Both the position numbers and the translations under genes were made by a program. Shown one piece after another: positions 33,652 through 45,700 of a stretch of DNA of 64,000 nucleotides. The notes under the pieces were generated by a model, which saw only the letters and a list, made by a program, of their open reading frames with translations, was not told the DNA's origin and did no database searches. Source of the DNA: Rebecca billardiae RCC1528 (Eukaryota > Protista > Haptophyta). The stretch spans positions 1 through 64,000 of the forward strand of contig OZ251235.1 in the NCBI GenBank assembly GCA_965240325.2, read 5' to 3'. Position 1 is the stretch's first letter. Every line of letters begins with the position of its first letter.

Positions 33652-34497
33652 ATGTCCGACGGGCCACCGCGCGGCGGCACGCGTGGCGGGAAGGACCAGT
33701 TCAAGTGGGACGACGTCAAGACCGACAAGTACCGCGAGTGCTACCTCGGCCACTCGCTGAAGGCGTCGACCGGCCGGTGGCAGAAGGGCAAAGACATATT
33801 CTGGTACGCGCGCGGCACGTCGAGCCTCGGGCTGGGCGAGGACATGGAGGCGCTCAAGCGGGAGCGCGAGGCGGTGCAACGTGCCGAGCAGGACATGATG
33901 CGCCAAGCGCTCGGCCTCGCCCCGCGCCAAGACGCCCCGTCCGGCGGCATGGAGGCAGCTGACGTGCGCGAGCTGCTGGCCACAGGCGGAGGCGGCGCGG
34001 ACGGCGCCGCCGGCTCCGGGGAGGGCATGCGCGGCATCGGCGCGGGGGACGGGGCGGGGGCGAGCGGCATGCGTGACGCTGCTGGCGGCGTGCGCTTCGA
34101 CGACGCCGAGCGCAACCTCGCCGACGTCTGGCAGCTGCGCCCGCAACCGGCCGGGGCCGCGGCCGCCGCGCCACCGCCCATCGATCCGGTGGCCGCCGGC
34201 GCGGCTGGGGGCAGCGGGGCTGGGCACGGTGGCGGCTGCGGCGGCTCCGCCGCCGAGCCGCGGCGGCGCCGGGCGAGCGATTCGAGCTCGAGCACCAGCA
34301 GCTCGTCCTCCGACACCTCGCGCGAGCGGCGCGAGAAGAAGCGCAAGCGCAAGCACAAGTCCTCGCGCAAGCATGGCAGCAAGGCGGACGCTCACAGGCA
34401 CAAGAGCGACCGAAAGGGCGGCGAGAAGGCGAAGCACAAGCGGCAGAAGCACGGCAAGAAGAAGAAGCAGCGGCAGCATGAAGGCGACTCGCCGTAG
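33652..34497 (+). CDS. MMTAG2: Multiple myeloma tumor-associated protein 2 homolog (MMtag domain)
   Basis: RGGTRGGKDQFKWDDVKTDKYRECYLGHSLKASTGRWQKGKDIFWY is the MMtag N-terminal signature; Lys/Arg/His-rich tail. Confidence 0.92.
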   Translation: MSDGPPRGGTRGGKDQFKWDDVKTDKYRECYLGHSLKASTGRWQKGKDIFWYARGTSSLGLGEDMEALKREREAVQRAEQDMMRQALGLAPRQDAPSGGMEAADVRELLATGGGGADGAAGSGEGMRGIGAGDGAGASGMRDAAGGVRFDDAERNLADVWQLRPQPAGAAAAAPPPIDPVAAGAAGGSGAGHGGGCGGSAAEPRRRRASDSSSSTSSSSSDTSRERREKKRKRKHKSSRKHGSKADAHRHKSDRKGGEKAKHKRQKHGKKKKQRQHEGDSP

Positions 34498-35576
34498 GTG
34501 GCGCTCGATGTTACTGCGCCCTGCTGCCAGCCAGCGTGCCGCGCGGCCGTGTCGAGCCGCTCGACTCGCAGCGCCCGCGCAGCAGGCCCGGCCCGGGCTC
34601 GGCCTCGGGCCGCGCTCGGCCGCCGCCCAGAACTCTTATTCATCTTACTCATCATAATACATAAAAGTCGTTAGAAGCCGCACTGATATGTCATATCATG
34701 TCCGTAGCAGTATCACGCGATAAGCCGTCGTCGCGCGTATTATAATTATATCGATATATACGTGCCGCATCGCGACTGAACCGTTCAAGTACTCTGTAAT
34801 GCCAACCATTGATGACGACTCAGATTGATAGCTGAGTGATCGAATCATAATATATATATATATATATACACATATATATATGACCGTCGTTCCGCGGTCC
34901 TTTTCCGTAGAACGAACGTAGTTCAGGGCCCGCGGTGGCGGTGCACCCTCCGTCGCAGTCGTCTATTGACAGACCAGTTGCATATGCTAGGGGGTCCATC
35001 AGATTAAATTGATTTTTGATTTCTTTTCTTTTCCTTTTCAGAACTTGTTCGGCGTGTTTTCGCGATCGGCAGATTCCAAATCCGCGCTCGGCTGGCCCCG
35101 GCGCGGGAGCGGAGCTCTGAACGGGGTCGGCGAGGCTGATGGCCCTCGTCGACGGCCGTCCGCTCGCCGTTGGGCGCGCCCACCTCGGCGCAGGCGCCTC
35201 GCCGAGCGGCTGGGCGGCTGCGGACAGGTAGCCATGCTTCGTGTGGACCGGGCTCTCGCTGGGAGTCGCTGGCCGGTCGACGCTCGTGCTTCATGATTTG
35301 AATCTGCGTGCTCAACGTGTGCTGCCCGCGACCAAGGAGCGCGTCCTAGGAGCACGTACAGGCGAGCAACGCGGAGACGAACATGCGCAACGCGGTGGGA
35401 TATGCATCGGCAACGACTCGACGCTGTCTCCTTCCCCACCCGACGCTGCCTTCTCGCCCTCGGACGTGCCCGCGACGCCTCTGCCGTAAGGGCCAGCTAC
35501 CGCCGACCAACTTGCGGACCGCTGTGCCGGGCATGACGAGGTCCAGGGCGCGGCAGATGATGATGCACGCGTGCCC

Positions 35577-36560
35577 ATGGATGTGTGCGACCCGCCCGAG
35601 GTCCCCGCTGGCACCGCCGAGGGGCTCGCCTCCTCCGCGGACGGCCTCGGCTGTGTGCAACCGTGCAGGCCCGAGCTACGGCCTGACGTCAACGTCAGCG
35701 CGCAGCAGCTCGAGGAGACGGCGGTGGCGGCGCGCGCCATCCACGTGCTGCAGCCCTTGGCCGGTCGGCCCGTGGCCGTCGTTCGCCCGCGGTACGCATC
35801 GGTGCTCAACTTCATGCTCCTCGACCTCCTCCGCACGCTCATGGACCTCATGCTCGAGAACTTGAAGAAGCACAAGCCGTTGGTCAGAGTGTTCACCCCG
35901 GCGTGCGCCCAGACCGCGCGCGACGGTGGGACGAAGAAGCCCAATGCGCTCGCGCTCGTCTGCGCGGATGCGCTCGGCATCTCGGCGCGCCACGACTCGC
36001 CGCTGCTGGAGGTGATCGGCATCTGGCTGATGACCGTGCACAGGTGGTGGAAGGGCAAGAACAAGGACATGGAGCGCATCCTGAGCCGGAAGCAGGGCGC
36101 GTCGGCGGCGGAGAGGAAGGCGGAGCTGGATGCCGACGACACGTCGCTGAGCGCCGGCGACGACAGCTGCCCCTTCCGCGACCTCTACTCGCCCCCCGAC
36201 GCCGGCGCGCCGCGCGCGTCCGCAGCAGGCCGCGTGCAGGTGCCGCTGCACGAGCAGCGCGTGACTCCTGCTGAGCACGCGGTCATCTTGGAGCAGCAGG
36301 TGCGCCTGACGGAGCAGCAGGTGGAGCTGGACTCGTCGCGCAAGGCGACCGCGCGCGCCGTCGCCGACGCTGCGCGCGCCAGCTTGCGCGCCGACGCAAC
36401 CGAGCGCAGCGCGCGGGGGGGCACAGATCGCGCTGCGGCCGAGCGGGCTGCCATGGCTGCCGACTGCGTCCAGTTCGAGCGCGAGAGGAGAGCGGCGGAG
36501 CTCGAGGGCGAGCGCGCGGCGAAGCGCGCGCAGTCCGCCGCAGTACCGGTGGACCGGTGA
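35577..36560 (+). CDS. Transposon-borne ORF of unknown function with coiled-coil C-terminus (possibly truncated)
   Basis: About 327 codons with coding-like composition inside the TIR element; no DDE motif recognised. Confidence 0.45.
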   Translation: MDVCDPPEVPAGTAEGLASSADGLGCVQPCRPELRPDVNVSAQQLEETAVAARAIHVLQPLAGRPVAVVRPRYASVLNFMLLDLLRTLMDLMLENLKKHKPLVRVFTPACAQTARDGGTKKPNALALVCADALGISARHDSPLLEVIGIWLMTVHRWWKGKNKDMERILSRKQGASAAERKAELDADDTSLSAGDDSCPFRDLYSPPDAGAPRASAAGRVQVPLHEQRVTPAEHAVILEQQVRLTEQQVELDSSRKATARAVADAARASLRADATERSARGGTDRAAAERAAMAADCVQFERERRAAELEGERAAKRAQSAAVPVDR

Positions 36561-37094
36561 CGGCCTCGCGTGGGCTGGGGTACGACGAACGGCGACGACG
36601 CCGGTGACACAGAGCACGGGCACGGAAATTCGCCGAACGGCCGCGGCAAGCTCGGCGGCGGCGATGACTGCTAGTCTGCGCACGCAAGCGTCGATGGCGG
36701 AGGACTCCTTCACGACTATGGGGATGGTGGCATGCTCAGAGGTGCGCTTGGTAGTGTGCTTCGGCACGCAGCCCGCCGCCCGCATCAGGTCCGTCCGGGC
36801 CTGCTGCGGGACGGTTTGACGCGGTCGGGCATGAGCCCGCCGTCACTCCGCGCGGCGGCGCGGCCTATTCGGATGACCCAGCACGAATAGTGAACAAGCA
36901 GGTACCCCCATATTGACACCACCCTGAATATATATTTAAAACTTACCCGCATTGTATAATAAACGGGTGGGTAAGTGCATATATACGGGTACATGTCTCT
37001 AATTAAGTGGGTAACATGCTCGATCTTGGAGTAGTTTTTCACCGACCTCTACGCGCACTCATCGTGCCTACTAAAATTTAGCAAGTCCACCCAC

Positions 37095-39045
37095 TAGGTG
37101 GGTCCCTCCCAACTGGGGCGATGTTCTGGCGCACTCAGAATGGCGTCCTAGATTTCGTCTCTCACCCAGAATCGACGCTGTAAATGCGTCCCATCGGGGC
37201 GGAGCAAAAGTTTCGACCTCAAAACCTACTCCGCGTGCCGTCGCGCGGCCGAGCGCGCGCGCGCCGCGCCACTAGTGTCACATAGAGATTTTGCGAAGCG
37301 TTACTTGATGGTTATGGTGGCTAGATGGCGACATGCGATCGGAATGACTTATTGGCAACCGTTGACACCCGACCGAACCATTTTATGAAGCAAAGAGTGG
37401 GGCTCTATGCTGTGCGCGGATACCTCCAACAAACTACAGCAAGATCGAGCAGATTACCCACTTTGTATATAGACAATTACCCGTATATAGAACGACGGTT
37501 ACCCACTTTATATTGACCATGGATGTGGCTCATTATATATTCAAATTCGTTCCGATATGTGGGTACGTTTGTTGGGTCATCGAATAGGCGCCGAGCGACG
37601 CGGACACAGGCAAACCGGGCCGCAACCGGACTGCCTGCGAGTGGCAGTGTTTGTGGCGGGCTGCGTGCCGAGGCACGCATCATCGCCCGCCACCGAGCAT
37701 GCCACCGTCGTCACACGGGAGCCCTCCGCCGTCGAGGCTGGACTATCAGCCAACGCCACCGCCGGAGCTTGCCGCGCTCGGCGGCTTCCGTGCTCGTACT
37801 CCGCGTGTCACCGGTCGTCGTATGCCCACCCGCGTGAGGCCGCCACCAGTCCACGACTACCGCAGCTGCAGCCCATGCCGTCGACGATACCTCCTACAAT
37901 CTTCTTGCCAGGCAGCAATACGATAGGTTCACCGACGCTGCTGCTAGGCTGAGAGCACTCAGCCAGTTGGCCGGCGAGACGTCAGATGGTTGAGCTGCTG
38001 GCCTAGCCATCACGTTGCGGCTTCCGCTCGCTCAAGTACACCCAACGTGACGACGAGAACGTGCCGGGCAATCATCAGACATGCGTCTGAGGGGTCTACC
38101 ACGCCTAGCCGTAGATTTGCTGAGTACGAGTCTTCGCAGATAACAAGCGGAACGAGTGGGACCACCCGATGGCAGGAGCAACAGCGTGGGGTGGCACCCG
38201 CGCCTGTCAACGCGACCGCGTTCTGTCAAGAATGGACCCATATCCTGCGACCACGCTCGAGCACCGCATATTATGCCCACACTCGGCATAGGGAAGGATC
38301 GCTGAGCGCCTGCTGCCGCTGTCAAAGGCCCTGCTGATCTTCCTGGCGCTTGATCGTGCACACGGATGGCAAGTCAGCGTGCTCGATGCACATCGCGGCG
38401 GCTTCTCAGCATCCCAAGTCCTCAGTGCACCCATCCCAGGCCTGCTGGTCGATGATTGGTACCAACCCCCACCAAACACGCCCTCTCGGAAGTCGCCAAT
38501 CGCTCACATGGCTCCCCGAGAGCCCGGGGCTGGCTGTCGTGCGTTCTCACGAGCAGCTTGCGCGCAGCCCAATTGTCACCTTCACGGTGCGTAGAGCTGC
38601 TCAAGATGGCGGGAGCGTCAAGAGTATGCACATGCCTGATGGTGACCCATGCCTCCCGTCGCCTGACCCGCCTGTAGCGAAAAGTGACCCTGCTCGAAGG
38701 CACGGGTCGAACACCTGCCGATCGATTCAAGTTGTCTGTACGCGTCTAGCCGGGCGAGAGTCAAACATGCGGGCACGTGCCAGGCGGGGGATGTGTGACC
38801 ACGGATCCCATCCGTGAGCACGCGCAAAGCGCTGGAGCGCGCGATAGGTGTTGGCAGTAGTCTACCCGACACACGGCGGCTCGGTCGCGCTGGAGAGGCA
38901 CTCCGACATCGTCGGGAGCGTTCAGATCGGACCTCGGCCGGCGGCCCGGCGATTTTCCCGAGCCGCGCCCCGCGCGAAAGAAATCCGGCCAGAGAACCCG
39001 GTAAATGTTTAAAAGACCGCTGGAAAATCGCCAGGGACCCACCTA
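37095..39045 (-). mobile_element. Related TIR element nested in the opposite orientation inside the 34988-39355 element
   Basis: Perfect 13-bp TIR TAGGTGGGTCCCT / AGGGACCCACCTA. Flanks CACCCAC / CACCGCC. 37095-37860 is a diverged reverse-complement homologue of the host element's right part (36545-37040 and 39060-39355). Confidence 0.8.
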
Positions 39046-39444
39046 CACCGCCTTAATTTTGTTGGGGCGGGTTGCAACGGTTATGAATAAGTAAGTCCGA
39101 CGACATACCGTCATTTAGCCGCCATAACAAGTCGTTGACGTTTGGCTGAATCTGTATGTGACACAGTGCCGCGCAGCTGGCGTGCGCGCACGACCGCGCG
39201 ACGACGCGCGGAGTCGGGTTTGGGTGCTTCTGACGGCTGGGCTGGGTTCCAGGACATATTTGTGGGTGCCTCCGCAAGCGCCACGCTCGTCAGACACCTA
39301 AATCGCATGGTTGTCGAAAATCACAATTCAGTGGGCTGCTGTCATGGACCCCCTACATATGCCCGTACAACTAGACTCCAGCGGCGCGCCGCCGCCCGCC
39401 GCGCCGGGCGGGCCCATTGCAGCCGCCGGCGCGGCGCCGATTGT

Positions 39445-39753
39445 GTACAGGCGGATGCGACGAGGCGTGATCGACGCATGAGCGCGACTCCACGTGCACA
39501 CCAGGCCACGCGGAGCTGACAGCCAGGGAGCACGGTGCGGGGCCGCGGATTCGTTCGGGCCGCTGCTGCTGACCGCTGTCCCCGGGGTCACCCCCCGCGC
39601 CGGCAGCGCCCGGGATGATGCACTGGTCCGAGTAGGGTTCGACCAGCGCCTGCGCGACGGCTGACAGGCGGGCGCGAGGCGTGATCGACGCATGAGCGCA
39701 ACTCTACGTGCACGCCAGGCCACGCGGAGCTGACAGCCCGAGGGAGCACGGTG
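39445..39753. repeat. ~95-bp direct repeat x2
   Basis: GAGGCGTGATCGACGCATGAGCGC...CCAGGCCACGCGGAGCTGACAGCC occurs at ~39462 and ~39676. Confidence 0.85.
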
Positions 39754-41057
39754 ACGAGGTGCGAGGGCACCGGTGATCCGGTTCGCGCACTCGCCGCGCG
39801 TGCACGGGCAGCTGACACACCTATCGATCAGGCTCGGCACGCGTTGCAGAGGCACGGCCAGCTCTGGGGACGTCACGCACCACCGTCGCCCGCGCAGCTC
39901 GTCCTCCTCGTAGAGTACCGTTCAGTTCCGAGGCGTAGCCCTCGCTCAGAGTCGACCGACGATGGACTCGGATCGTCGGCGCGCCTGCTCTCTCTCAATC
40001 AAGAAGAGTTCTGGGAGACCCCGGAAAGGCATGGCAAGGGCGGCGCGTGGTGAAGTCGAAGGCTCAGAGATCGATCAGTCCGGCATCAGGCGCCGCTGCC
40101 CCCGAGCTTGCGAGAGCCCGAACACAGGGCGGCGGCTGCGGCGCCGGCTCGCGGACGCGCCGGGGCCGCGCAAGGCCGCGCCGAGGCATCGACAGGGCGG
40201 CAGGGGCGGCGGGGGCGCGCGGAGTGAGCGGGGGCACGACGAACGCGATGTCGACGGCAGTCGGGACCCGCCGCAGCCGCGCGCTCCAGGCGCCATTCGC
40301 CGCGCGCACCTGCCCATCGCCGTCCTCACCCGTCGGTCGCTCGTTCGTCAGCTCGCCTCATCCTCTCGCGGTCTCGCCGCAGCCGTGGCGTAGAAAACGC
40401 GGGCCCGCGCGGCCGCGCGCCCCGGCTCCCGCTCCGGTGTCAGATAGTATTGAGATTCGCCGAGGTTGGCCCATCGGCTACTGACCCTTGCCTCGTCGGC
40501 TCCTGATACAGACACGGCGCGATTGAATAGTTGATTCAACTGATTCAAGGGACGTACATGGTCACATCGGTTCGCGGCAATCTCTATCTAGATACGTCAT
40601 CGCTCCTTGGACCTTGCTGCAATCTCATTGGCCGGAAAAATCGCTTGTAACGGTTCGTTACGTTAGGGATCCTAAAGGGCGTGAAGTTTTTTGGACGGGC
40701 GTCACTCCACGCTTTACTATGAACTTGCCGTGGGCGCGACCTTTTTCGGCCGTGATGCATGTTAGAGAGGGTCTCAAAATTCGAAACTCGGTCTCCTCCA
40801 GCCATGAAAATCGTCCCCCGTCCCTTTTTTCTTGATATCAAAGATCTTTTTGAAACGTTGTTCGGGCCCGCTGGTGCGGGCTCCACGCTGCGCGCTCCGC
40901 CCTGCACCGCGGGCCATAATAGAATATTTAGCATCATCAGCCGCAGCGCAATGTGCAGTAGCCGCCATGCAGCAATCGGCATATAGGAGCCTGCTTCAGC
41001 CGTCAGAATATCCGGGAGCCCTGCGCGGAGCAGGTTTCTGACATGGCATTGGCAGCC

Positions 41058-42242
41058 TCATTCGCGATCGGCGGCGCCATGCGCCACGATCTCCAGCCCT
41101 CTGATCAGTCCCTGCGCCCAGCACAGCCGAGCGGCCGCGAGCGCGCTGGCCGTCCAGCTCCTCCAGCCATCGTCCGCGTGTGCACGTGACTCCGCTCGCG
41201 GGCATGCCCAGCGGCTGGCTGCCTCGGTGGTGCAGCAGAAGCGCCGCCGGGCCACTTGCGGAAGAGACTCGGCGGCGGGCGCATCGCCGCCAAAGCCGTC
41301 ACCACTGGCCTCGGCGAGCGGCCGCGCCTGAGGCAGCGGCAGTGGCAGGAACGGTGAACGAGCGCGCGCACCCACGGCAGCGCCGAGCGCCCATTGCGCA
41401 TCGACGGCGTACTTGCCAGCCAGCCGGCCGGCCCAGCCCGCACGCGCCCGCTCGGCCACGGCGCGCACGTACCCTTCGTTCGTGAGTGGCTCCCCGTCCG
41501 GCACGTACACGATGGAGAGCACCGGCCGAGCGGTGCGCGCCCTGTTGGCGCGCGCGCCGTGCACGAGCGCGCCGCTGTGCATCGAGGCCTCGCCAAACGC
41601 GCGCGCCGGTTCGCTGAGGGAGAGCTCGCCCTTGCGCTCTTGCACCCAGCGCGATACGCTGCCGCGCGTGCGGTTTGCCGTCGGCACGTCCGCACGCGCG
41701 TGCGTGCCCGACGCAAAGACCACGGGCGCGTGCGCGCGGCTGGGGACCGGCGCGAGAGGCAGCCACAGCGAGATCGTGCGAGGCGGGTCGAATGGTGTGT
41801 TGGCGCCGTCGACGTGCCAGGGGGTCTCGCGCGCGCCGGGGAGCTTGAGCAGGAGCTGGTCAAAGTACACGCGCACGCGCTCCACGCCAAGCAGCTGCGC
41901 CGCCGCCGAGGCCAGCCGCGGCGAGAGGATGAGGCGACGCGCGGCGGCCGACTTCTGCCACAGGTTGTAGCTGCGGCGGTGGAAGCCGGTGTCCTCCTCC
42001 CACGTGGCCTCGGCGATGAAGAGGAGCTCGGGGAGGACGCGACGGAGCTCGGCCTCCGGCACGAGCCCAGGGAGCGTCACGTGGCCGTCCTGTGCGTACG
42101 ACAGCAGCGCGCTCGGTGAGCACGTGTACCGCACCTGCAGCCCGTCTGAGGCTGGCGTGCTCGGGCGGACGCGGACGTATGATGCGCCGCCGACGAGGAC
42201 GGCGACGGAGAGCGAGGCCGCCACGCTGGTGCGGCCAAGCAT
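41058..42242 (-). CDS. Phytanoyl-CoA dioxygenase (PhyH)-family Fe(II)/2OG oxygenase with N-terminal anchor/signal
   Basis: YAQDGHVTLPG, DQLLLKLPG, TPWHVD (HxD), ISLWLPL, FASGTH, MHSGALVHGARAN and RPVL. Confidence 0.9.
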   Translation of the reverse strand: MLGRTSVAASLSVAVLVGGASYVRVRPSTPASDGLQVRYTCSPSALLSYAQDGHVTLPGLVPEAELRRVLPELLFIAEATWEEDTGFHRRSYNLWQKSAAARRLILSPRLASAAAQLLGVERVRVYFDQLLLKLPGARETPWHVDGANTPFDPPRTISLWLPLAPVPSRAHAPVVFASGTHARADVPTANRTRGSVSRWVQERKGELSLSEPARAFGEASMHSGALVHGARANRARTARPVLSIVYVPDGEPLTNEGYVRAVAERARAGWAGRLAGKYAVDAQWALGAAVGARARSPFLPLPLPQARPLAEASGDGFGGDAPAAESLPQVARRRFCCTTEAASRWACPRAESRAHADDGWRSWTASALAAARLCWAQGLIRGLEIVAHGAADRE

Positions 42243-42297
42243 GGAGCTACTCTGCCGCCGCCATCATCGTCGCTGCCCAGTGCCTCCCACAGTTCGC

Positions 42298-43434
42298 ATG
42301 TCGGCCTCGAAGCGGGCGCACGCCGACGTCATCGACCTGGACGATGAGGTCGTCGACCTAAGTGCCGACGCATCGCCACCGCGGCAGATGCCGCGCATGC
42401 CCGCGCCGCAGCCGCTGGACGCATCCAGCGCGCCGTCCCACCCCTGCCTGATCGCAGGCGGGTTTCCTCTTGCGTTGGCGGGCGCGCAAGTCACGCACCC
42501 TTGCGCACCGACGGGCGTGCTCGCGCTGCAGATGGTGCCGCCGCCGGGGGCGGGGGCAGACCCATCGGTCGCCGTCCTCGCTGCCGGCGTGCCCATCGGC
42601 CACCTGCGCCGCGTCGCGTCCGCTCGGCTCTCGCGTGCGCTGGCACTGGATCCGTCTGCGCACATGCAAGTGCGCGTGCACTCATGGCCGCCTGGGCAGC
42701 GACCGGTCGTGTGGATCGAGGCGCGCGCGCGCGAGGGCATGGCTGAGGAGGCGCGCGAGTGCCTGCTCGAGGCGGCCAAGTGCGCCGTCGTGACGCCCGC
42801 GTCGATCGCGCTGGCGCACAGCGGCCTCACGCGTGCCGCGCCCGGCACGTGGCTCCAGCAGCCACGCGGCAGCGACACGGCGGAGTGGGCACGCGTCCAC
42901 CTGCTCTCGAGCGTGGACGCGCAGGACCACCCGTTCGTCTGGCTCGACGGCGGCGGCACGCTGGCTGAAGCGGCGCGCGGCGTGGGCGACGGCTGCACCA
43001 AGTGGATGGTCTTTGCGGACGAGGCCGAGCTCGACGAGCTCTGGGTGCTCGCCGCGGCCGCGCTCGCGCGCGGCGAGCTGGGGCACGCGCTGAAGGCGGT
43101 GCCCGCTGGCCAGCAGCCCGCGGCGCGCGCGCGCCCGCTGATCGTGTACGTGCGCGACTTTGACGAGCGGGCCGAGTGCGAGCGCGTCGGCCTTGCGCTC
43201 GCCGCCGCGCTCGAGCTGCCGCCGCGCGGTGTGATTGCGTGCAAGCCAGACGTGTTCACCCACGATGGCGATTGCTGCCGCTTCAAGTCGATCGGCACGC
43301 TGCGGCTGGCCTCGCGCGCGTTCGTGTGGAAGACGGAGGCGGTCGAGTACGCGCGCGAGCTCCGCGCCATGGCCCTATCCAGGTGGGAGGACTCAGTGCT
43401 GGATAGCGCTTTCGGTCAGGACGGGGGGCTCTGA
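42298..43434 (+). CDS. HIRAN-like + DUF1917 (C11orf68/UPF0696, eIF4E-like fold) protein
   Basis: C-terminal TKWMVF...LDELW...GELG...KA...LIVYVRDFDE...CERV...CKPDVFT fits DUF1917. N-terminal DPSVAV...IGHLRRVASARLS is HIRAN-like. An alternative in-frame ATG lies at 42241. Confidence 0.75.
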   Translation: MSASKRAHADVIDLDDEVVDLSADASPPRQMPRMPAPQPLDASSAPSHPCLIAGGFPLALAGAQVTHPCAPTGVLALQMVPPPGAGADPSVAVLAAGVPIGHLRRVASARLSRALALDPSAHMQVRVHSWPPGQRPVVWIEARAREGMAEEARECLLEAAKCAVVTPASIALAHSGLTRAAPGTWLQQPRGSDTAEWARVHLLSSVDAQDHPFVWLDGGGTLAEAARGVGDGCTKWMVFADEAELDELWVLAAAALARGELGHALKAVPAGQQPAARARPLIVYVRDFDERAECERVGLALAAALELPPRGVIACKPDVFTHDGDCCRFKSIGTLRLASRAFVWKTEAVEYARELRAMALSRWEDSVLDSAFGQDGGL

Positions 43435-44243
43435 AATTGAGTTTCAGCCGACGGTTCAGTGGAGTACTCCGAGGCCGTAGTAGCAGCCGTGCCGGTGGGC
43501 GTGCCGGAGCCCGCGGACTCCGGCACGCCCAAAAGCGCTTCGCACGTACGTACGCCCATCAAATTATATATATTATATTAAGCGCTTCGCACGCCCGGTG
43601 CCCCGGTGAGTGCCCGAGCTGAGAGTCGGCGGCCGTGGCGGCCCGGGGCCGGCGTGGCGGCCGGTGCGGGTCAACTACCGACTCACACCGTCGTGTGACC
43701 TATAGAGTGTCAGTGACTGTGCCGCGCGCCCGATTCCGCGCAGCAGATGTCCGCAGACCGCACCGTCACCAGTTCGCCACTCGCGGCCTCGGGCGGTGGC
43801 GTAGTCGTCTGACTGAGTCACTACTACTAGTATAGTAAGTCGTCGTCGCAGCCGAGTCCGAATCCGATCCGCGAGGCGCGACGCCGACCGGCCAGTCGCC
43901 AACACGTGTGGTCACGAGTCCCGTGGTCGTACTAACTACGGCGGCGAACGGCGCGGAGCTTATATCATCAATATCGATATGCCGATATGGGCCCGCGGGT
44001 TGAACGCGGGCCTCGGCGAGTTGGACAGAACGACAGTTCGGGTACTTGTCGTCGGTTGGATCGATCGACCCAAACGGCCGGAGCCTGATGTACTAGTTCC
44101 GCGTAATACTGCGCTCGCTGATCAACCGTCTGTACTCTGCACTCTGTGACGACGCTGCCGACGATACGATAAGTGCGGGCGGTGCATGTGCTGCTATACC
44201 GATGACGAATAGTACGGCGGTACCGATGCTGACGATAGTACTG

Positions 44244-45700
<1,457 letters not shown>

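Larger units (their letters stand above)
34988..39355. mobile_element. Non-autonomous TIR DNA transposon (hAT-like TAGG termini) with a 7-bp TSD
   Basis: 12-bp TIR TAGGGGGTCCAT (34988-34999) / ATGGACCCCCTA (39344-39355). CATATGC is duplicated at 34981-34987 and 39356-39362. Confidence 0.85.

Noticed and set aside
40540-41040. AT-richer segment resembling a transposon end
   Set aside because: No matching TIR or TSD could be found by eye.
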